From assembly GCA_038206635.1 (NCBI GenBank), contig JBBRAQ010000002.1:164442-228441 (forward strand): DNA of 64,000 nucleotides. Reading direction: 5' to 3'. The notes under the pieces were generated by a model. That model had not been told where the DNA came from, searched no databases, and was given only the letters and a program-made list of their open reading frames with translations. Positions 60,771 to 64,000 of this stretch are shown here, piece by piece; the first letter of the stretch is position 1; each line of letters opens with the position of its first letter. A program made the position numbers and the translations under genes. This DNA is from Candidatus Nanopelagicales bacterium (GTDB taxonomy: Bacteria > Actinomycetota > Actinomycetes > S36-B12 > CAIYMF01).

Positions 60771-61738
60771 GACGATGCCTGGTCGGACATGATGCTGACC
60801 AGCTCGTAGGCGAGGTTCGCCGCGGCAACGGCGGTGATCTCGGCGTGGTCGTAAGCCGGTGACACCTCGACAATGTCGGCACCGACGAGATTCAGGTCGC
60901 TCATCCCCCGGAGAACCCCGAGGAGTTCGCGGCTGGTCATGCCGCCGGCTTCGGGGGTGCCGGTCGCCGGGGCGAACGCCGGGTCGAGCACGTCGATGTC
61001 GATGGAGACGTAGACCGGGGAGTCCTGCACGCGGTCGAGCACGCGCTCGAGGATACCGGCGACGCCGAGCCGGTCGAAGTCTCGGCAGTGCACGATCGTG
61101 AAGCCGAGCCGCTCGTCGTCGATGAGGTCCTCGCGGTCATAGAGCGACCCGCGGATCCCCACGTGCGCGGAGCGGCCCTTGACGATGAGACCCTCCTCCG
61201 AGGCCCGACGGAAAGGGGTGCCGTGCGTGTACGGGGCGTCGAAGTAGGTGTCCCACGTGTCGAGGTGCGCGTCGAAGTGCACGAGAGCCAGCGGCCCGTG
61301 CTCTGCGTGCAGAGCCCGGAGGACCGGGAGAGCGATCGTGTGGTCCCCGCCGAGGCACACAACCCGGCGCCCGTCGGCGACTAGTGCGGCGATGCCCTGC
61401 TGGATCTCAGAGAGTCCCTGTTCGATGTCGAAGGGGTTGCAGGCGATATCCCCGGCGTCCACCACCTGGGACTGCTGGAACGGCGACACGTCGAGGGCGG
61501 GGTTGTACGGCCGCAGCAGCCGCGAGGCCTGCCGGATCGCTGACGGGCCGAACCGCGCACCGGGGCGGTAGGTAACGCCGGAGTCGAAGGGGACCCCGAC
61601 CACGGCCACGTCGAACGTGTCGACGTCCTCGGCACGTGGAAGGCGCGCGAAGGTGGTGAGCCCGGCATACCGGGGCACGCGCATGCCGTCGACCTGTCCG
61701 ACCGTGCCGTCGTCGTAGCGGACGTGGTGCTCGACCAC
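60767..61738 (-). CDS. speB: Agmatinase / guanidinobutyrase-type ureohydrolase
   Basis: [33 protein letters not shown]; exact substrate uncertain. Confidence 0.8.
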   Translation of the reverse strand: MVEHHVRYDDGTVGQVDGMRVPRYAGLTTFARLPRAEDVDTFDVAVVGVPFDSGVTYRPGARFGPSAIRQASRLLRPYNPALDVSPFQQSQVVDAGDIACNPFDIEQGLSEIQQGIAALVADGRRVVCLGGDHTIALPVLRALHAEHGPLALVHFDAHLDTWDTYFDAPYTHGTPFRRASEEGLIVKGRSAHVGIRGSLYDREDLIDDERLGFTIVHCRDFDRLGVAGILERVLDRVQDSPVYVSIDIDVLDPAFAPATGTPEAGGMTSRELLGVLRGMSDLNLVGADIVEVSPAYDHAEITAVAAANLAYELVSIMSDQASS

Positions 61739-61794
61739 AGTTCTCAGCTCCCTCGTCGTGGTCCCGCCGCGATCCGGCGGGGTTGGTGCTGTGC

Positions 61795-62562
61795 TCAGAC
61801 GCGGCTGCGTGTCGTTCCGCCGTTGACCTGGACGATCTGCCCGACCATCGCGCTCAGTCGGAAGTCGCAGAGCATGGAGACCGCTGCGGAGATCTCCTCG
61901 GGTCGTCCGATGCGGCGCACCGGGATGTCGGCGGCGTACCGCTGGTGGATCTCCGCGAGGCTCACGCCGGCGGCTTCGGCGTCCACGAGCAGCTGCGGGG
62001 TGTCCGTGACGCCGGGTGCCAGGCCGTTGACGATGATTCCCTCTGGCGCGAGCTCGCGACCGAGCGTCTTGACCAGTGCGATGAGGCCCGCCTTGGACGC
62101 GGCGTACGCCGTCGCCTCGGGCCAGCCGATGACGCCCCACTCGCTGGAGATGACGACGACACGGCCGCCGCGTGTCTCGCGCATCACCGGGACGGCCTCG
62201 CGTACGAGGTGGAAGGTGCCGGACAGGTTGGTGTCGATCACGCGCCACCAGTCGTCGGGGTCGTGGTCGAGCAGTCGGCCCATCGTCATGTAGGCGTGGT
62301 TGGCGACGACGATGTCGAGGCGGCCCGTTCGGTCGCGGACCTCATGGATCAGGCCGGCGATCGCGACGGGGTCGCTCATGTCGGCGGGTGCGGCGATCCC
62401 GCCGATCTCGGCCGCCACCGCATCGAGCGCGGGTGAGGCAGTCCGGTCGTTGACGACGACCAAGGCTCCGTCGGCGGCCAGGCGTCGGGCGTGCGAGGCG
62501 CCCATGCCTTGCGCGGCGCCGCTCACCAGGGCGACCCGGCTCGTCAGAGAGCTGCGTGCCAC
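61795..62562 (-). CDS. SDR-family oxidoreductase
   Basis: [22 protein letters not shown]. Confidence 0.9.
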   Translation of the reverse strand: MARSSLTSRVALVSGAAQGMGASHARRLAADGALVVVNDRTASPALDAVAAEIGGIAAPADMSDPVAIAGLIHEVRDRTGRLDIVVANHAYMTMGRLLDHDPDDWWRVIDTNLSGTFHLVREAVPVMRETRGGRVVVISSEWGVIGWPEATAYAASKAGLIALVKTLGRELAPEGIIVNGLAPGVTDTPQLLVDAEAAGVSLAEIHQRYAADIPVRRIGRPEEISAAVSMLCDFRLSAMVGQIVQVNGGTTRSRV

Positions 62563-63285
62563 TCAGATCACCGCCCCGGCGTTGACGTTGAGGATCTCGC
62601 CGACGCAGAACCCGCCCTCGTCGACGAGGTAGGCCACGCACAGCGCAACCTCCTCTGGGTTCACGAGGCGGCCGAGTGGGAGGGTCGCGAGGTAGTCCGG
62701 TGCCCGCCAGGGCGAGTCGGCGGGCAGCAGCGGGGTGTCGGTCGGTCCGGGTGCGACGGCGTTCACGCGCACTCCCTGCGCGGCGACCTCGGTGGCGAGG
62801 CTGCGGACGACTCCGATGATCGCGCCCTTCGCGGCGGCGTAGTGGGCGTCCTCGGCGCCGCCGCCGACGGCGAGCTCGCTGGTGATGGCGACGATCGACC
62901 CGGTGCCCTTCTCAAGCATCCCGGGTAGGACCGCGCGCGAGAGGTTGACGAGCCCGCCGAGGTGGACTCGAAGCATGCGGGTCCACCGGTCGGTGGTGAT
63001 CTCCGTCAGGGGAAGCATCTCGTAGTAGCCGGCGACCGAGACGGCCGCGCTGATCGGTCCGAGCGCGGCTTCGGCGTCGCGGACCGCGGCGACCATCGCG
63101 CCGGCGTCGGTGACGTCGACCTGGGCCGACCAGGCGCAGTCCGGTGACGGCGAGAGGTCGAACCCGGCGACGGCGTACCCGCGGCTCGTGAGCTCCCGTG
63201 CAACAGCGGCGCCGATTCCGCTGGCCGATCCGGTGACCACCGCACGGGGGATCGCGATGGTCACCGGGTTCGAGGTCGCTGTCAT
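62563..63285 (-). CDS. SDR-family oxidoreductase
   Basis: VTGSASGIG, YAAAKGA, NAVAPG. Confidence 0.9.
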   Translation of the reverse strand: MTATSNPVTIAIPRAVVTGSASGIGAAVARELTSRGYAVAGFDLSPSPDCAWSAQVDVTDAGAMVAAVRDAEAALGPISAAVSVAGYYEMLPLTEITTDRWTRMLRVHLGGLVNLSRAVLPGMLEKGTGSIVAITSELAVGGGAEDAHYAAAKGAIIGVVRSLATEVAAQGVRVNAVAPGPTDTPLLPADSPWRAPDYLATLPLGRLVNPEEVALCVAYLVDEGGFCVGEILNVNAGAVI

Positions 63286-64000
63286 GCGCTCGGCGTGCGT
63301 TGGTCGGCCAGCTCGTCCTCAAGCTCTTCCTCGTCGATGAGCTCGACGGCCACGATCCGGGAGCGCACGCTGAAGAAGATCAAGAAGCCGACGGCCCCGA
63401 GAACTGCGACGGCGATCCAGACCGACCAGTCCAGGAAGCGTTCGGCGTTGACCGCGCGGGGCCAGGAGATGTTGAGGAATTCGAACGTGGCCCAGACGAC
63501 GGCCAGGATCGTGACGAGCAGCGACCCGCGGCCGAGCGTGAACGGACCGGGTCGCCACGTGCCACGCAGTTGCACCACGAGAGCACCCACCAGCGGGAAC
63601 AGGAAGGCGAGGAAGAAGCCACCGGTAGTGAAGTTGACCATGAGCAGGTAGATGTTGGGCGAGAGGTTGCTCAGTAGGAACAGCGCCGTGCCGATCACCG
63701 TCGTCACAAGAATCGCCACGGTCGGCTCCTTCTGCGCCTTGCTCAGGCGTGTCAGCGCACGAGCCGCCGGTAGCGCGCCGTCCCGGGCGTAGGCCCAGAT
63801 CACCCGCGATGCCGAGGTCTGCAGGGCCAGGAAGCTGGCGAGGAAGCCGATCACGAACAGCACCTCGACCGGCTTCGCGATGCCGTCACCGAGTGCTGCG
63901 GTGAGGGTCGAGTAGACCGGGTCTACGACGTGGTTCGGGTCGGTCGCAGCCGACGTCACCGCTGACATGTCCGGGATCGCGAGGATGATCGCCAGACTCG
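63282..64000 (-). CDS. APC-family amino acid/polyamine permease, 3' part (truncated by the window)
   Basis: Frame is open to the window edge; SRVIWAYARDGALP, multiple transmembrane helices, PGPFTLGR. Confidence 0.88.
   Translation of the reverse strand, partial: SLAIILAIPDMSAVTSAATDPNHVVDPVYSTLTAALGDGIAKPVEVLFVIGFLASFLALQTSASRVIWAYARDGALPAARALTRLSKAQKEPTVAILVTTVIGTALFLLSNLSPNIYLLMVNFTTGGFFLAFLFPLVGALVVQLRGTWRPGPFTLGRGSLLVTILAVVWATFEFLNISWPRAVNAERFLDWSVWIAVAVLGAVGFLIFFSVRSRIVAVELIDEEELEDELADQRTPSA

Noticed and set aside
60767-61738. Ureohydrolase as the missing HutG
   Set aside because: Its motifs fit the agmatinase/guanidinobutyrase subfamily, and it lies in an unrelated operon 55 kb away.

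Overview
High-GC actinobacterial chromosomal DNA (gene content suggests Micrococcales or a similar group; this is inference). The left part holds furA-katG, a hutR/hutU-hutI-hutH histidine cluster, a GH63-like glucosidase, a membrane GGDEF-EAL protein, a PHP-domain protein, a DEAD/DEAH helicase, and a translationally coupled Ser/Thr kinase plus SARP-BTAD-FHA (PknH/EmbR-like) pair. The middle holds a TetR / MalT-like LuxR membrane-protein module with decayed genes, a TetR-ACT-GNAT fusion divergent from an acyl-CoA ligase, and a ROK-regulated sugar ABC + Gfo/Idh/MocA + isomerase locus. The right part holds oleA-oleBC-oleD olefin biosynthesis genes, a tasA-like/sipW/LamG/GGDEF-EAL run of co-oriented genes, a possible tmRNA-3'-end (att-like) scar with phased repeats, and a permease/SDR/SDR/ureohydrolase/deacetylase catabolic operon. 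I found no rRNA, complete tRNA, CRISPR array or transposase. The strongest novelty candidates are the SipW-TasA-LamG-c-di-GMP locus and the TetR-ACT-GNAT/FadD pair. All calls come from reading motifs by eye; no database searches were run, and start codons are best estimates.
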